Shown piece by piece: positions 28,286 to 42,564 of a DNA stretch of 64,000 nt. Made by a program: the position numbers and the translations under genes. Under the pieces are notes generated by a model. That model saw nothing but the letters and a program-made list of their open reading frames with translations, did not search any database and had not been told where the DNA came from. Location of the stretch: positions 26,350,001 to 26,414,000 of the forward strand of contig OX597814.1 of NCBI GenBank assembly GCA_951406725.2. Direction: 5' to 3'. Numbering within the stretch: the stretch's first letter is position 1; each line of letters begins with the position of its first letter. Source of the DNA: Octopus vulgaris (taxonomy: Eukaryota).

Positions 28286-28833
28286 ACATATACACACACA
28301 TGTTTATATATTTATTTAATTTAAATATGTTAAACAAAACATTGAAATGTTGGTTTTCAAATGATAATAATGAGACACACAGATGTACATTTCCATATAC
28401 ACATACCAGACTGAACATATATTTTCTTTCATTCTTGTAATGGTTTCAGTTATTGGACTGCAGCAATACATACTGGCACAACAACTTACCCTTACACATA
28501 TTTTTGACAGGTGCTTATTTCATCAGCCTATATTTTTTGAATCACAAAATTACAGGATTCAATACATACATGTACACTCGTATTAAGCTGTTTTAACATC
28601 CTTGTACACACATCCGTGCACACACGCACACACACATATACACACACGCACACATATATACACACCCTCACACACATATAAGCCAGATATCTACATCACA
28701 TCCATGTCCCCATATTACACTCACAAAGTGTTGGTTAACCTGAGAATTAGTGCTGAAAGTGCCATACAGTGGGATCGAATTCTGAAACATGTTGGGAAGT
28801 GAACTTATTAAATACAACAGACTTATTTGTGCG

Positions 28834-28872
<39 letters not shown>

Positions 28873-29700
28873 ATGTATGAATACTGAAACCACAAAATAG
28901 ATTAACTTTATGATCACTCCATCAGTGTGTATGTAACCATATTCATACATTCTTATACACAAATTATGTATACAGATTTATATATAAATACTTATGTAGA
29001 TATTGATATGTTTAGGATATAGACATGTTTATAAGCACATGCAATAGCAGAGAGATGGACACATTGATTGATTAACTGATGGATAGATGGATAGATTGAT
29101 TGATTGATTGGTTACTGGTCTCCTACTAATCAATCACTTGTTCATAGAAATTAGATCAAAAGCATCCAGGGAGTGATAGTAACTCAGCACAGAACAAATA
29201 ATATGGTTTTCTTGCCATTGATTGTATTTTTCACAATGTTTATACACCAATATTCATATATACGATGTGCTTCCTTATAGTTACAGTGAAAAAATTTCAT
29301 TCACTACCTGTTCTACCTAAAGTTAGACTATAAGACAGTTGCCCAAAGTGCCAAGTTGAGAAAATGAACTTGGAATGACACATTTGGGAAATGAAATTCT
29401 TTGCTGCTTAGCTGACCCTACAAATCTAATTTGCTCATAGCATGACCAAAACAATTATATATTGACCTTTCTCCACATCTTGCAGAATAACATAGTTATG
29501 AAGTTACAAAAAATTATTACTTACCAATATGAAGGATATGGTTTTTATGAAGAAAATCTAACCTTACTATTCTAATGTATTTCATTAGCTTATTATTGTT
29601 GACTTCAATGCCTCTTAAATGATAGAAGCAAGTTATCAGCTAAAATTACTGCAGACACTTTAACCCTAACCATCTCAAACTTAGCATGCTTTCATGCATA

Positions 29701-30038
29701 TCATCATCATCATCATCATCATCGTTTAACGTCCGTTTTCCGCGCTAGCATGGGTTGGATGGTTCGACCGGGGTCTGGGAAGCCAGGGGCTGCACCAGGG
29801 TCCAGTCTGATCTGGCAGAGTTTCTACAGCTGGATGCCCTTCCTAACACCAACCACTCCGCGAGTGAAGTGGGTGCTTTTTACGTGCCACCTGCACAGGT
29901 GCCAAGGGGGTCCGGCATCGGCCACGATTGGTTGGAGCTTTTAATGTGCCACCGGCATGGAAGCCAGCCAAAGCGGCGCTGGCAACGGCCACGTACGGAT
30001 GGTGCTTTTTATGTGCCACCGGCACAGGTATCACAACT
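29701..30038 (-). mobile_element. RTE 3' end (family B), three tandem units
   Basis: (cat)n cgtttaacgtccgttttccgcgctagcatgggttgg; retains CpGs, so probably relatively young. Confidence 0.85.
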
Positions 30039-30453
30039 AATGCATATATATACATTATACACACATGCATATATATATATATGTGTGCATGTGTATGTGT
30101 ATATATACACACACATACACACATGCTCACACATATGCACCCAAATGTACACATAAGCATGCACACACACAAACACATAGACAGACACACACACATGCAC
30201 ATATATGTGTGTGTGTGTGTATGTGTATATATATACATATACACATATATATATATGTATATATATATTCAGTTTGAAAACTCCACCAGAATGGACGAAA
30301 GCACTAATATATGACATATGATATAAGTTATATGATGTATAAAAACATGTAATATACAAAAAGATATCTGTAAATATAAAACCATTCGAATTTCTGAGCA
30401 CCTCATTTATTCTAATATAAAATACCTGTACATCATCTCCAAACCTCCTAATA

Positions 30454-30518
<65 letters not shown>

Positions 30519-30550
30519 ATATATGTATATATATATGCATATATATATAG

Positions 30551-30948
30551 TAGGAGTGGCTGTGTGGTAAGTAGCTTGCTTATGAACCGCATGATTCCGG
30601 GTTCAGTCCCACTGCGTGGCACCTTGGGCAAGTGCCTATTACTATAGCCTCGGGCTGACTAAAGCCTTGTGAGTGGATTTGGCAGACGGAAGTTGAAAGA
30701 AACCCGTTGTGTGTATATGTTTGTGTGTCTCTGTCCCCCCAACATCGTTTGACAACCGAAGCTGGTGTGTTTACGACCCCGTAACTTAGTGGTTCAGCAA
30801 AAGAGATCAATGGGATAAGTACTAGGCTTACAAAGAATAAGTCCCGGGGTCGCTTTGCTTGAGTAAAGGCGGTGCTCCAGCATGGCCACAGACAAATGAC
30901 TGAAACAAGTAAAAGAGTAAACAAGTATATATATATATATATATATAG

Positions 30949-31021
<73 letters not shown>

Positions 31022-31473
31022 GGTGTATATATATATATATATATATACATAGGTGCAGGAGTGGCTGTGTGGTAAGTAGCTTGTGTACCAACCACATGGT
31101 TCTGAGTTCAGTACCACTGTGTGACACCTTAGGCAAGTGTCTTCAAGCTGATCAAAGCCTTGTGAGTGGATTTGGTAGACAGTAACTGAAAGAAGCCCAT
31201 CGTATATATATATATATATATGTGTGTGTGTATGTGTGTATGTGTGTATGCATGTTTGTTTATATATCTGGTATGTGTGTTTGTCTCCCCAACATCGCTT
31301 GATGACTGATGTTGGTGTGTTTATGTCCACGTAACTTAGCAGTTAGGCATAAGAGACTGATATAATAAGTACTAGGCTGACAAAGAATAAGTCCTGGGGT
31401 CGAATTGCTTGACTAAAGGTGGTGCTCTAGCATGGCTACAGTCAAATAACTGAATCAAATAAAACAATAAAAG
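30551..31473 (+). mobile_element. Two head-to-tail SINE family A copies (30551-30925, 31052-31473) separated by (TA)n
   Basis: Both start aggagtggctgtgtggtaagtagcttg and end in (g/a)actgaa..taaaa. Confidence 0.9.
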
Positions 31474-31507
<34 letters not shown>

Positions 31508-33374
31508 TATACACTCACACACAGATTGGTATACATATGCTTTTGAATACTTATATATTTTTATATACAAACACATACGTACATATATGTATATATGTGT
31601 ATCTTTGAACATGTGAGCATTTAGCTGTGCTATATTTTACCAGATATGTTCTTTATTTTACATATGTTTCTGTGTTCTCACCATATGCACTGCCACCATT
31701 TTATCCAACCACCACTTTATCACTACCTTACCCTCATCCACTTACCACTTGGAACCGGCTTTTCTCAACCACATTAACAGTTTGACTTGCATTATTCTAT
31801 TTTGTCTCTACCACACTCTTTCTCTCTCCCTCTCTCTTTCTCTTTCTTTCTCATTTGTTATCCCTCTATCTCTTTCTCATTTATAATGCACTCTCTTTCT
31901 CTCTCTCCACAAGTCTGAGACTGCTTCAGAGTACTACAGCGTTCGTCTTCCCTACTCACATCGTATCCAGTACTATTGATTTCATCTAACAAATGTATTG
32001 GTGCTGAGCACATACACGGATGAGTGTGTGAGTGTATGACTATGTGCGTGTATGAGAGGAAGAAAGAGAAATAGTGAGAAAGTGAGAGGGAGTAGAGGAT
32101 GAGGGGGAAAAAGTGTGTGTAAAGAGTTATAGAGAGACTTGCATACAGCTGGAGAGTAAATGGGAAAATAAAAGACAGAAAACAAGAGGAGAAAATAAAT
32201 ACTGATTGGGAGAAAGAGCATGAGGAGTGAAGGAGTTGAAATAGTGAGTGAGTGAGCAAGATAAGACATGAAAAAGAGAGAGAACAAGCAGTGAGTTAAA
32301 GGCAAGGAGGTTGAAAGGAGTATGTGTGTAATAGAAACAGACAGTCAGATTGACTGAGAGAAAGCGAGAGAAATAAGTGAATGAATTCATTCATTCACTT
32401 ATTTGAGAGAAAAATGGAAAGGTGAGAAAAGAAATAAATGAGGAAAAGAACATTGCAGAGAATGATGACAACCTCACCACACACACACACACACACAAAG
32501 AAAAGAAGGAAAGACACGCATAAAGAGGAGAAAAGTAAAAGACTATGATGATGCAGAGGGTGATGAAAAAGGAGTAAAAGAATGTGGAGAGAGAGAGACA
32601 GAAATAGAGGAAGGAGTAAACAACTGTTTAACTATTATGAACAAAATCAACTTAAACTGAAGCACTCTGAAATACAAGCGATGCTTTCCAGTTATAGGAC
32701 ATATAAATATGCATGTATGTATGTATATGTGTGTCAGTCTGTCTGAATGCGTGTATGTACATATGCATGTATACAAGTGTGCTTATATATATACATATAT
32801 ATATCTGTGTATGTATATGTGTGTGTTCTACAGTATTTGTGTACCAGTGTATGTGCATGTGTGTAAAGCCTTTGTGTGCATGGTGAATGTATATGACAGT
32901 TAGATTTATGAAATAAAAATAGGTTTTATTGTATACACATCAATGTAAGTGTATGTATGATTACATTTACATATCTTTATGACTAGGTACATGTGTTATT
33001 GAAAGAAAACATTTTAACAAGCTATTAAGAATCTAGGTACATAAACACACTCGTGTACACACAAATGTACACACATCCCCATAGATACAAAGACACACAT
33101 ATATATATTCATTCATTTGCCTTCTCATCTACTTTTCCATGCTAGTATGGGCTTGATATATATTTTATTGAGACAGTCCTTACACACACGCACACACATG
33201 CACAAAGTTAAGAGTATTTTATATATGCAATAAAGTTGATTTATCCATTCAAAGCTGATATTTTACTCCTTCATTACTGACAGTTTCTACTTTTGTATAA
33301 TTACACATAATTGGAAACTTTGAATCACAACAAAGTGAAAACAATAGCTTCAAATGTGTGTGTGTGTGGTCTAT

Positions 33375-34110
33375 CATCATTATCATTTAATGTCCATCAT
33401 CTATGCTGGTATAGGTTGGATGGTTTGACCAGAGCTAGCAAAGTGGGGAGCTGCACCAGACTTCTGTCTGATTTGGCATGCTTTCTATAGTTAGATGTCC
33501 TTCCTAACACCAACCACTTTACAGAGTGTGCTGGGTGCTTATACATGGCACTGCATGGGCAATTTTATGTAGCACTGCCCAGGTGCTTTTATGTGATGAC
33601 ATATGGGTACTTTTATGTGGCACCACATGGGCATTTTTACAAGGCACCACATGGAGGCTTTTATGTGGCATCTCCACAAGTGACTTTTAGGTGGCACCAG
33701 GACAAGACTCTTGCAAGTCAATTCTCACCATCAGGTCTTAACACTTCTGCTGTGAAGTACAGATCTTCTTGAGTACAGCAAGGTGCCAAGTACTCAGTCC
33801 TTGTCATCTTGCCTGAAAGGTTCAGTGTCCTGAGGTTGTTCTTCAGTACTTTGTCTCATGTCTTCCTGGATCTCCCACTTCCACATGTTCCATCTGCTTT
33901 GAGAGATCAGCACTTCTTTATGAAACTGTCAACATCCATCAACATCATATGACGAAATCAGTGCAATCTTCTCTCTTGCACACATCAACTAATTCTTCCT
34001 ATGCCTAAATTCTCTTTCAAGACACTAGCACTATCAAATTTGTACACTCACATTACACATCCAGCAGAGCATACTAACCTCATTCCTTCCTAACCTTTGC
34101 GTGTCCTCTG
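33375..34110 (-). mobile_element. 5'-truncated RTE LINE (ORF C-terminus plus 3'UTR), decayed
   Basis: Minus strand EDTQRLGRNEVSMLCWMCNVSV..VQERRLH*FRHMMLMDVDSFIKKC..GTCGSGRSRKT*DKVLKNNLRTLNL, followed by a family-B-like UTR and (GAT)n tail. Confidence 0.85.
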
Positions 34111-34556
34111 TTAAGCCCACCTCTGACCTTGTATTGAATAAGCATTTCCTTAGCGACTATTCTATCAATTTTGTTGAAATTTTACACCTGAAAAATGTAA
34201 AAGCTGCAGGAAAATAATAACATCGTTATGGGAATTTCCATTCAAATGCCCGACTAGCTCACAAAAATCGATGCCAACTGAGCATTATCAAGTTTTCGAA
34301 AAATTCTGGCCTTATTTAACCTTCAGGGCATGTGATTTACCTATGTGCTAAAAATCATTAAAATTGGTTGGTTGGTTGGTTGGTTGGTGTGGGAGAAGTT
34401 AGAGTAACGCCAAACACACAGACAGTCAGACACTATTACACATTTATGTATATATATATATATATATATACACTCACAAGAAGATTCAGAAGCCTCTTTA
34501 GCATTTAAATGAGTCATAAATTTTTTTTTATTTTGCACATTTTTGTTTTTATATAC

Positions 34557-34599
<43 letters not shown>

Positions 34600-34619
34600 T
34601 GATGATGATGTCTTTTATT

Positions 34620-34960
34620 GGCTACAAGGGCCCAGGACATGGAAGACAATATTAAAGGATGAGTTACAGCACACAGCACAAAAAATTACAAAAACATGTG
34701 GGGTTAACATCAATCAAGGGGAGATACTACCACATTAAAGGATATAGCAGAGGATATATAATAGATAGTAGAGAAATAAATTATAAATAAACAAATAAAT
34801 AAATAGAATCCCCAATAGTGGGGCTATCCACCTTTTGATAAACACCCTAGAAGGCAGCACCTCCCTCTCTACCCTCACCTTCCTCTTCAAATGATATTTG
34901 AAAAAATTGATGGAGGCTTGGCCAGATACTAAAGTGTCTGTCTTCAAACTTATCAGACAG
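34620..34960 (-). mobile_element. Probable L1/Tx1-like LINE ORF2 C-terminus and 3'UTR
   Basis: LKTDTLVSGQASINFFKYHLKRKVRVEREVLPSRVFIKRW resembles the F-x-x-RW ending of Tx1-type ORF2 (pattern recognition only). Confidence 0.45.
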
Positions 34961-34982
34961 GTCCTGCTGCTGCTGCTACTAC

Positions 34983-35018
<36 letters not shown>

Positions 35019-35027
35019 TATTAGTGA

Positions 35028-35220
35028 GGCAGCGAATTGGCAGATTCATTAGCACACCAGACAAAATGCTTAACAGCATTTCATCTGTATTTATGTTCTG
35101 TGTTCAAATTCTTTTCCAGTCACTTTTGCCTTGCATGTTTTTCATGGCACTGGGTTGATGTAATCCACTAACCACTCCTCCCAAAATTTCAGGCCTTGAA
35201 CCTATAACAGAAAGGATTAT
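35028..35220 (+). mobile_element. SINE family D
   Basis: ggcagcgaattggcagattcattagcacaccagacaaaatgcttaacagcatttc. Confidence 0.7.
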
Positions 35221-35591
35221 ATTTTATGAAAATGTCATTATCAAAAGATGACATGCTATTCTTTGTTCTGAAAATATCACAATATATTACTAGTCTGGTT
35301 CAATTGTCTGGGGCGGCTCAGTGGAAAACTAGCTATATGAATAACAGAGCACTAGATCAGCTATTCTGGAATCCCTGAGCCCTGACAAGCAACATGAGTG
35401 ACTATGGTTGGGAGGGTTTAATAAATGTTATAGGAAAGTGGAGAAAGACTGGTGAGAAGCTGGAAGGGAAGAATGGAAAAGGAAGGGACCAGTCTTACAT
35501 CACATTGCTCAACTGACCTTGGCTGTTAGTTGGTTTTAATTAATACCTAAGTCGTTAGGCTTTTAAATCCTTCTGCTCATATATATATATA

Positions 35592-35944
35592 TTCTTTTAT
35601 TCTTTTACTTGTTTCAGTCATTTGACTGTGATCATGCTGGAGCACCACCTTCAGTTAAACAAATCGTCCCCAAGTGTCTTTTGCCAAACTGCTAAGTTAC
35701 AGAGACATAAACACACCAACATCGGTTGTCAAGTGATAGTGATGGGGACAAACACAGACACACAACTACATATATATATATGTGTGTGTGTGTATGAGAC
35801 GGTTTCTTTCAGTTTCTATCTAACAAATCCACTCACAAGGCTTTGGTCAGCCTGAGGCTGTAGAAGACACTTGCCAAAGGTGCCATACAGTGGGACTGAA
35901 TTCAGGACCATGTGAAACAAGCTTCTTACCATACAGCCACTCCT
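35592..35944 (-). mobile_element. SINE family A
   Basis: tcttttacttgtttcagtcatttgactg ... ttaccatacagccactcctg. Confidence 0.85.
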
Positions 35945-37101
35945 GATGACATTAAAATAATGGAGAATTATGCATCTACACAGTTTTTTTATCATTTCAG
36001 TCTTTTATATAGTATATGCTCTTTGAACATCCATCCAATATATGTTCCTGCTGCATGGATATTTTGTTAAGTAGTATCTGTTTGCATCCTGTTGGTTCAA
36101 CTGCATTAAGATTTTATCCTGCTTAAATGTATGTATGCAGCTTTATTCAAGATGTTGCCACTAACAGAGTTTGAAGCAAACTAAAGTATAATGGTTTAAT
36201 AGTTTGCTTCAAACTGTACAAGAGGCAACACCTTGAATAAAGCTGCATTGATACTTTTAACCAGGATGAAATCTTAATGCAGCTGAACCAAAAAGATGCA
36301 AATGGACACCACATAACAAGATATTTATCCATGCTGCAGAAATTTATGTCGGATGGTGGTTCAAAGAGAATAAAAACTTATAATACACTGTAATAATAAA
36401 AAAATTGGGTAGATGTATAATTCTCCACTTTTATTTTGATGTCTTGAATATACACTCTGTAAGCTGTTTATAAGCCAATGAAGTGAACTCAGGATTTACC
36501 CAACAGGTTTACTTTAAATAATCCCTAATTATTCTGTATCATTCAATGTGGTTAGCCAGAACCTGGATTATACTAGTATACATGGATGGTACTGCCTGGA
36601 TCTAATATTCCTATCCATTCACTATATATATATGTGTATGTGTGTGTGTGTGTGTGCGTGTGTGTGTGTGTGTGCGTGTGTGTGTGTGTATACCTAACAA
36701 ATTATATTAAAACATATCTTACATAGTGCAAGCTCTATCTGATATGGAATTCAATATGGTAGTCATCATCACTGTTTTAACTTCTACTTTTTTGTGCTTA
36801 CACGCTTCCAGTAGAATTTATTGAAATAGATTTTCTATGGCTGGATGCCTTTCTTGTTGCCATTCCTCACATGCTTCCAAACAAGGTGATATTTCCCCTT
36901 TAAAAGACATTGCTTTCATAGCATTCTAGAAATGAACATTATTGCTTGATGATATCAAGACAATGAAATACAAAAAAAACCCACACAAATATATATATAT
37001 ATATATATAAATCGTTTATTTTTGAAAACCATAAATCCAGAGAAGAAGCACACTCTAAGAAGTAGAGCAGTCTATATTAATTACTGTTGAAGGCCAGTTT
37101 A

Positions 37102-37161
37102 TAGGGTTATCCTGGGTTTCTCACCATAAAGGGTACCTTTAAGGCATATCTTCAGACCCTA
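37102..37161 (-). ncRNA. Second hammerhead ribozyme-like motif (different sequence family)
   Basis: Minus strand TAGGGT-CTGAAGA-[TATGCCTTAAAGG tac CCTTTATGGTGA]-GAAA-CCCAGG-ATA-ACCCTA: 6-bp stem I, long stem II, intact boxes, imperfect stem III. Confidence 0.5.
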
Positions 37162-40100
37162 AGACCCTATGGCCTCTTTAAAATGTAGAGGGGGAAATGA
37201 TACAGATATAAACAATGGGTATTATCTCCCTTTGATGCTGGTCATCAGTTTCCAGCTGTGACATTCTCCTTCTGTCATGCTCCCTGTCAGCTATAAGGGT
37301 AAGAGGTAGGGGTTATCCCCTACCCTCATCAGTAATCAATTTCCAGCTGTGGTGTAATTATTGCTAATACCATTATTATCACTATTATGTGGTTCCCATA
37401 ACGCTAACAAGAATCTCCCAAAATGCAAGCAGAGCCCCCAAATTTCCATGGAACCAGTTTTATTAGTTAAAGAAGAGGAAACCAATTAAACAAGGTAGAA
37501 TTAATACTTACGTTGTATTAGTATTAACTCTATTAAATTAAACTAAATTAAATGAATTTAACTGCCATAGTCCTGCCTTGATTAATTGTTTTTCTCTTCT
37601 TTAACTTCTACCTATTGACTCAAAAGTAAGCTACTGATTGCCCGTTCTCTCAACTGGACATTTGTGTGACCACAACTCCAGCTCCTGTTTGAACTGAGAT
37701 CCTAGTGGCTTATGAATTGCAGCACTCAGACCACATACTTGTTAGTTTGGGTTACTTTGACCAAAACTCTTCATCTTCTGAAGCAGTTTTATATATACAT
37801 ACGTGCGTATGAACGTACGTGCGTATGTACGTACGTACATATGTATGTATGTATGTATGTATGTATGTCAATTAAATTCTAGTTTGATTTACACAGCCAG
37901 TTAACAAGTATCACCTATCAGATAGATTTTAATGAGAAAATTGATTGTTTTAGTGAAGATACAACTGAAAATCCATGAATATCCTTATATATACATTCAT
38001 GTGTGTGTGTGTATGTGTGTGTGTACTGATGCATGTATGCAAGTACGTAACTTAAGAACATATCTTTTATCCAAGCCTTTTCAACTGAGTAAATAAATGA
38101 TACTATATACAAATATGTACATAACATGTAGTAAGCCTATTACCTCTGCTTTTGTTTTACAATGTTTCTGTGAATATATTGTACACATGTATAGGCAAAT
38201 TTCTGTTGCCTATTTAACACATGCAAATGAGTGTCTTACCATCACTATCATCATCATTATTTTGGTGGTCATACTTCTACAGAATAACATATTACCACTG
38301 CTCTTGATCCTGCTTCAAAACATCTCATCCGTGATTTCTCCAACATCTTGAGAAATCTTACCACTAAAGTTGCCTCTAGATTGCTTACTCCTCACCCACT
38401 ATGAACATTTCTTCTGCCAGCATTCTATATTCACTCGCACACATAAATATGTGTGTATGTATAAGTGTATATGTAGGTTTGGTTATGTAAACAAGAAAAT
38501 AAAACTTAAAATATGAGTGTGTGTGTGTGTGTGTGTGTATTACAGAGCAATCTCAAGATTAATCAGCCAAAATTGCGAGGATGATTCGGTTCTTGACTGA
38601 AGATTAAAGGCTTCGAATGACCCATCCATGTTTTTTGTATTGTCTATCTGGATGTTTTGCGTTCTTGTCCCATTTTGTATTTATATATATATTATCAATA
38701 ATCAGTCGAAATTGGAGTCTCATGGACCAAGAGTATCATGTGTTATGTATATATATGTATACGTACATATATTTAAATATACATTTATAATACATATATG
38801 TGTAATTATGAATATTAATATGTGTGTGTAATGTGTATGTGTATATATTTGAGTGTGCGTGTGTGTGTATGTGTGTGCATGTTAGTTTGTATCTTCACTT
38901 ACTGTGAGATGTCTTTAGTTTTAGTTTTTGTCAATCACCTTTGATTAAAGATTTTTCTTTGAATGAAGTGATGAATTTTAAAATGGAATGAAAATACTTT
39001 TGCTAAAAACAAAGCAAAATTATATGCAATATGCAATTGGTTTTGGGCACTCTTGTATTTTCTTGGTACCCTGTTGTTTCCTCCACCACACATTTTTTGA
39101 GTTTCATTATGGAAATATTGCTGCTGATTTTAATTATGCTTTTGTTTCTCTTTTAAAATACACTTTTGATTTTTTTTTTTTGTAATATTGCTGCTAACTT
39201 AAATGACTCATGTTCGAAAATCTTCAAATTGTCATTTGACTTTTTGAAGTTAAAAGTAATTTATAAATGGAATTCCTACATGCCACATATATTTCAATCA
39301 AATTACATTAGTCAAACAACATTTTTCAAGAAATATAGATCTCGTCCCTCTCAAAAGACTTTTAAAAATCAGTTATTGGTCTCAAGTGATTTAGACAAAT
39401 TTATGTGGTAAGGGAATGGGTCAGATGTATCTGACAACATTTTACATCACATTAGTATGCAAGATCATGTTTAATACTTTTCGTAATAAAATCTTTTGAA
39501 ATCATCAGCAAATAATGAAGCAATAACTTTTATACTCCAATAGTTAAACAAAGAAAAAAGCTGAAACTACACAAAGTTAGTAGTTCTAGGAAACTATATA
39601 TTACTAACAGACGTAAGGCTTTATTATACGTGAGCAAAATAAGGAAAGCAATATGTATTCAATAATGAAAGCATCAGTATTGTGTGTGATTATACTTTCA
39701 GGAAATTCAAAATGTTGTTCTTCCAGTTTTTTAAAACTGTAAATGTAATTGAAAATGTGAACAAAATATATCTACACTTATACACATGGCCATCATTTGA
39801 ATGGAAAACATTATTATAAAGTAAAAGAATACTCACAATTTTGGATGAGGCAATGTATATATGCAGTGAATATAAACAAGAAAGTTACTTTCAAATAAAG
39901 ATTTAATCAACACACATGCACATTTAGAACGCCATACAGAAAAACTGATATGACACAATCAGTTTATCATTCCTCTTTAAATTCTATGAACACTTCTTTT
40001 AGTATCATCTGAAAAAGTTTATCTTTTGCAAAAATTCATCAAAAAACATGTCCAAAAAATTATATAAAAATCATTTTTGCATCAATCTTTTGTTAATTAA

Positions 40101-41148
40101 TGCATATTTAGAATCAGTCTCTTCTAGTAGATGTAGTGCTTTTAGAACTTTAAAGTACTTCAAATTTTATTCCCATATAGTTTATAGTTCATAGATATTT
40201 GCTTAACATTTTAACATACTTTCACAAATTTTACTACCATAGCATATCAACTTTCTTCCTTTCATTAATATATGAAGAAGCCAAAATTTCCACATGTAGT
40301 TCATAAATTAACACCATTGAATGTTAAGTATTGTTTTTTTTTAACATTAATGCTCTTATAATTACATTCATATCCAAGAGAGTCTGTACAACTGCTTCTT
40401 ACAACTTTTTAATATATCTTTTATTTGTAGAATGTTGTCAATTTTTTTTTATTTTATTGGGGATTCCCTTAATCCAACATTGCTCATTTTCATAAGCATA
40501 TCTGTTTTCTTTTAACATAGCAATTTTTCCCTTTAATTCATTCAGTCTAACAAATCATACAATTTGATTAGAAAAATTTGACAAATTTTTTGTCAGAATA
40601 TACAAAGTAAAATTTATTTAAGTTTCTTTAGTTTGATGAAACTTGATAGTTCTGTATATTTCCAGCACAGTTACTTCTTTTGCTAGAATAATTTTGATTT
40701 TCATTAGATTTAGGGAAACAAACCGTATATGCTTATCCCTTGGATGTTTTAAAGTTTTAATTCTTAGTTTGTTTGTTTTTTTTGTAATAATGTTCATCTT
40801 GCATAAAATAGAACATTACTTTTAATAGTGTTATTAATATTTAGGACCTTTATCTGCTTTATTGAAAATTTACCTATATTTTATATTAAGCACTAGTAGA
40901 CTATTCCACTTGAAATTCCACTTTTTACTACTTGGCTATTTATGTTTGCTACCTGTATATATTACATCATTGTCCTCAGAAATCTTGAACACGTATTATT
41001 AGGTATTTGTTCAGGTTTATCTTGCATGTGTGAATCCTTGTGCATAGATATATGTGTATGTGCATGTTTGTGTGTGTTGCATGTATGTGTGTGTATATAT
41101 AAATATGCGTGTGTGTATATATGTGTGTATTTGTATGTATGTATATAC

Positions 41149-41472
41149 ACAGGGTGCGATGGGTAAATTGTCACCATTTTATATTTTCAATTTTGTGCAT
41201 GCACATTGTTTGTTTTTGATTTTGTATAGCAAGGTCAGTTGGCCACCATCTAGGAGAAAAACAGCATCATGACACAATTCACTCTGCCAGAAATTTGAAA
41301 ATGACATACTGTACTGCTTGGCATTCATGCTGGAAGCTCCAATACGAACATTTCAGAGTGTTTGGGTGTCAATCTGTGGACAGTGCAATTAGAAGACATG
41401 TACCAAGAGTGATAAAAATCAAACGTCCAGTCAACATTATGGTGTTTGGAGTGATTACTAGTGATGGCAATA
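41149..41472 (+). mobile_element. Tc1/mariner (maT/DD37D-like) left end with deleted transposase remnants
   Basis: cagggtgcgatgggtaaattgtcacc terminus; MTQFTLPEI*K*HTVLLGIHAGSSNTNISECLGVNLWTVQ (HTH-like) joined to VPRVIKIKRPVNIMVFGVITSDG. Confidence 0.7.
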
Positions 41473-41899
41473 TGTTTACATATATGTGTATATAACAAAT
41501 AATATATGCTATATAACATAATATATGTGTGCATGTAGTTTAAATACAATGACATGAAAATATATACATTAAAAATTAAAATAAACATAAATATTTTTTA
41601 TACCATTTCTCGAGATATGCATCCATGTTTCTAGTGCAGTTTTGGGTATTAAATTATATTAACATACCTTCATCATTAGGTCATAGAGAGACTAGTATGA
41701 GAGTGTTATTGGTTTTTATACATGTTGAGCATCGCTAAAATCCAACATAACCATTGAAAAGTTAAGAAAACTTTAAATATTGTATTTCTGTGTTTAAAAT
41801 TTCTAGAGAAGAGTGGCATAATAATATTAGCAATTCTTGAGCTAAGAAACAGTTGTGATATATCTACATGATATTAATTCTAATCACTATATATATATG

Positions 41900-41960
<61 letters not shown>

Positions 41961-42417
41961 ATGTATGTATACACACACACACATATACATATATAAACAC
42001 ACACGTGTGTGTATGTGCATGTTTCTCCATTCCATTTAGCTTTAAATGGGTAACCATGAAACAATCAGGAAGAATGTTGGCCTGCTTGCTTAGCCAGCAG
42101 GGTGGCATCATTCAAAAGCTAAAACAATACAAAATGCATTCTGACCAGTGATGTATAGTGTAACAACATCCGATAGTACGGTCAATACCTTGAAATCATC
42201 ACACACACATACATATTTATATCATATATATATATATATATATATATAACATATATATAGATAGATACTGGAAACTGAATGTTTATCTGGCTTGAGCACA
42301 ATCTTAATGTTACATACATAAACACAAGCGCACACTTCTACATTTTAATATGCACAAAGATATGCCTGCATCTATTACCTTTTAATATATGTGTATGCAT
42401 GCATGATTCTATCTGTG

Positions 42418-42449
<32 letters not shown>

Positions 42450-42528
42450 ATATACATACATGCACACAAACACACATACATACATACATACATACATACA
42501 TACATACATACATACATACATACATACA

Positions 42529-42564
<36 letters not shown>

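Noticed and set aside
38585-38630. CTGAAGA..CGAAT hammerhead-like string (similar weak strings at ~3200 and ~20730)
   Set aside because: The GAAA box is broken and there are no convincing stems.
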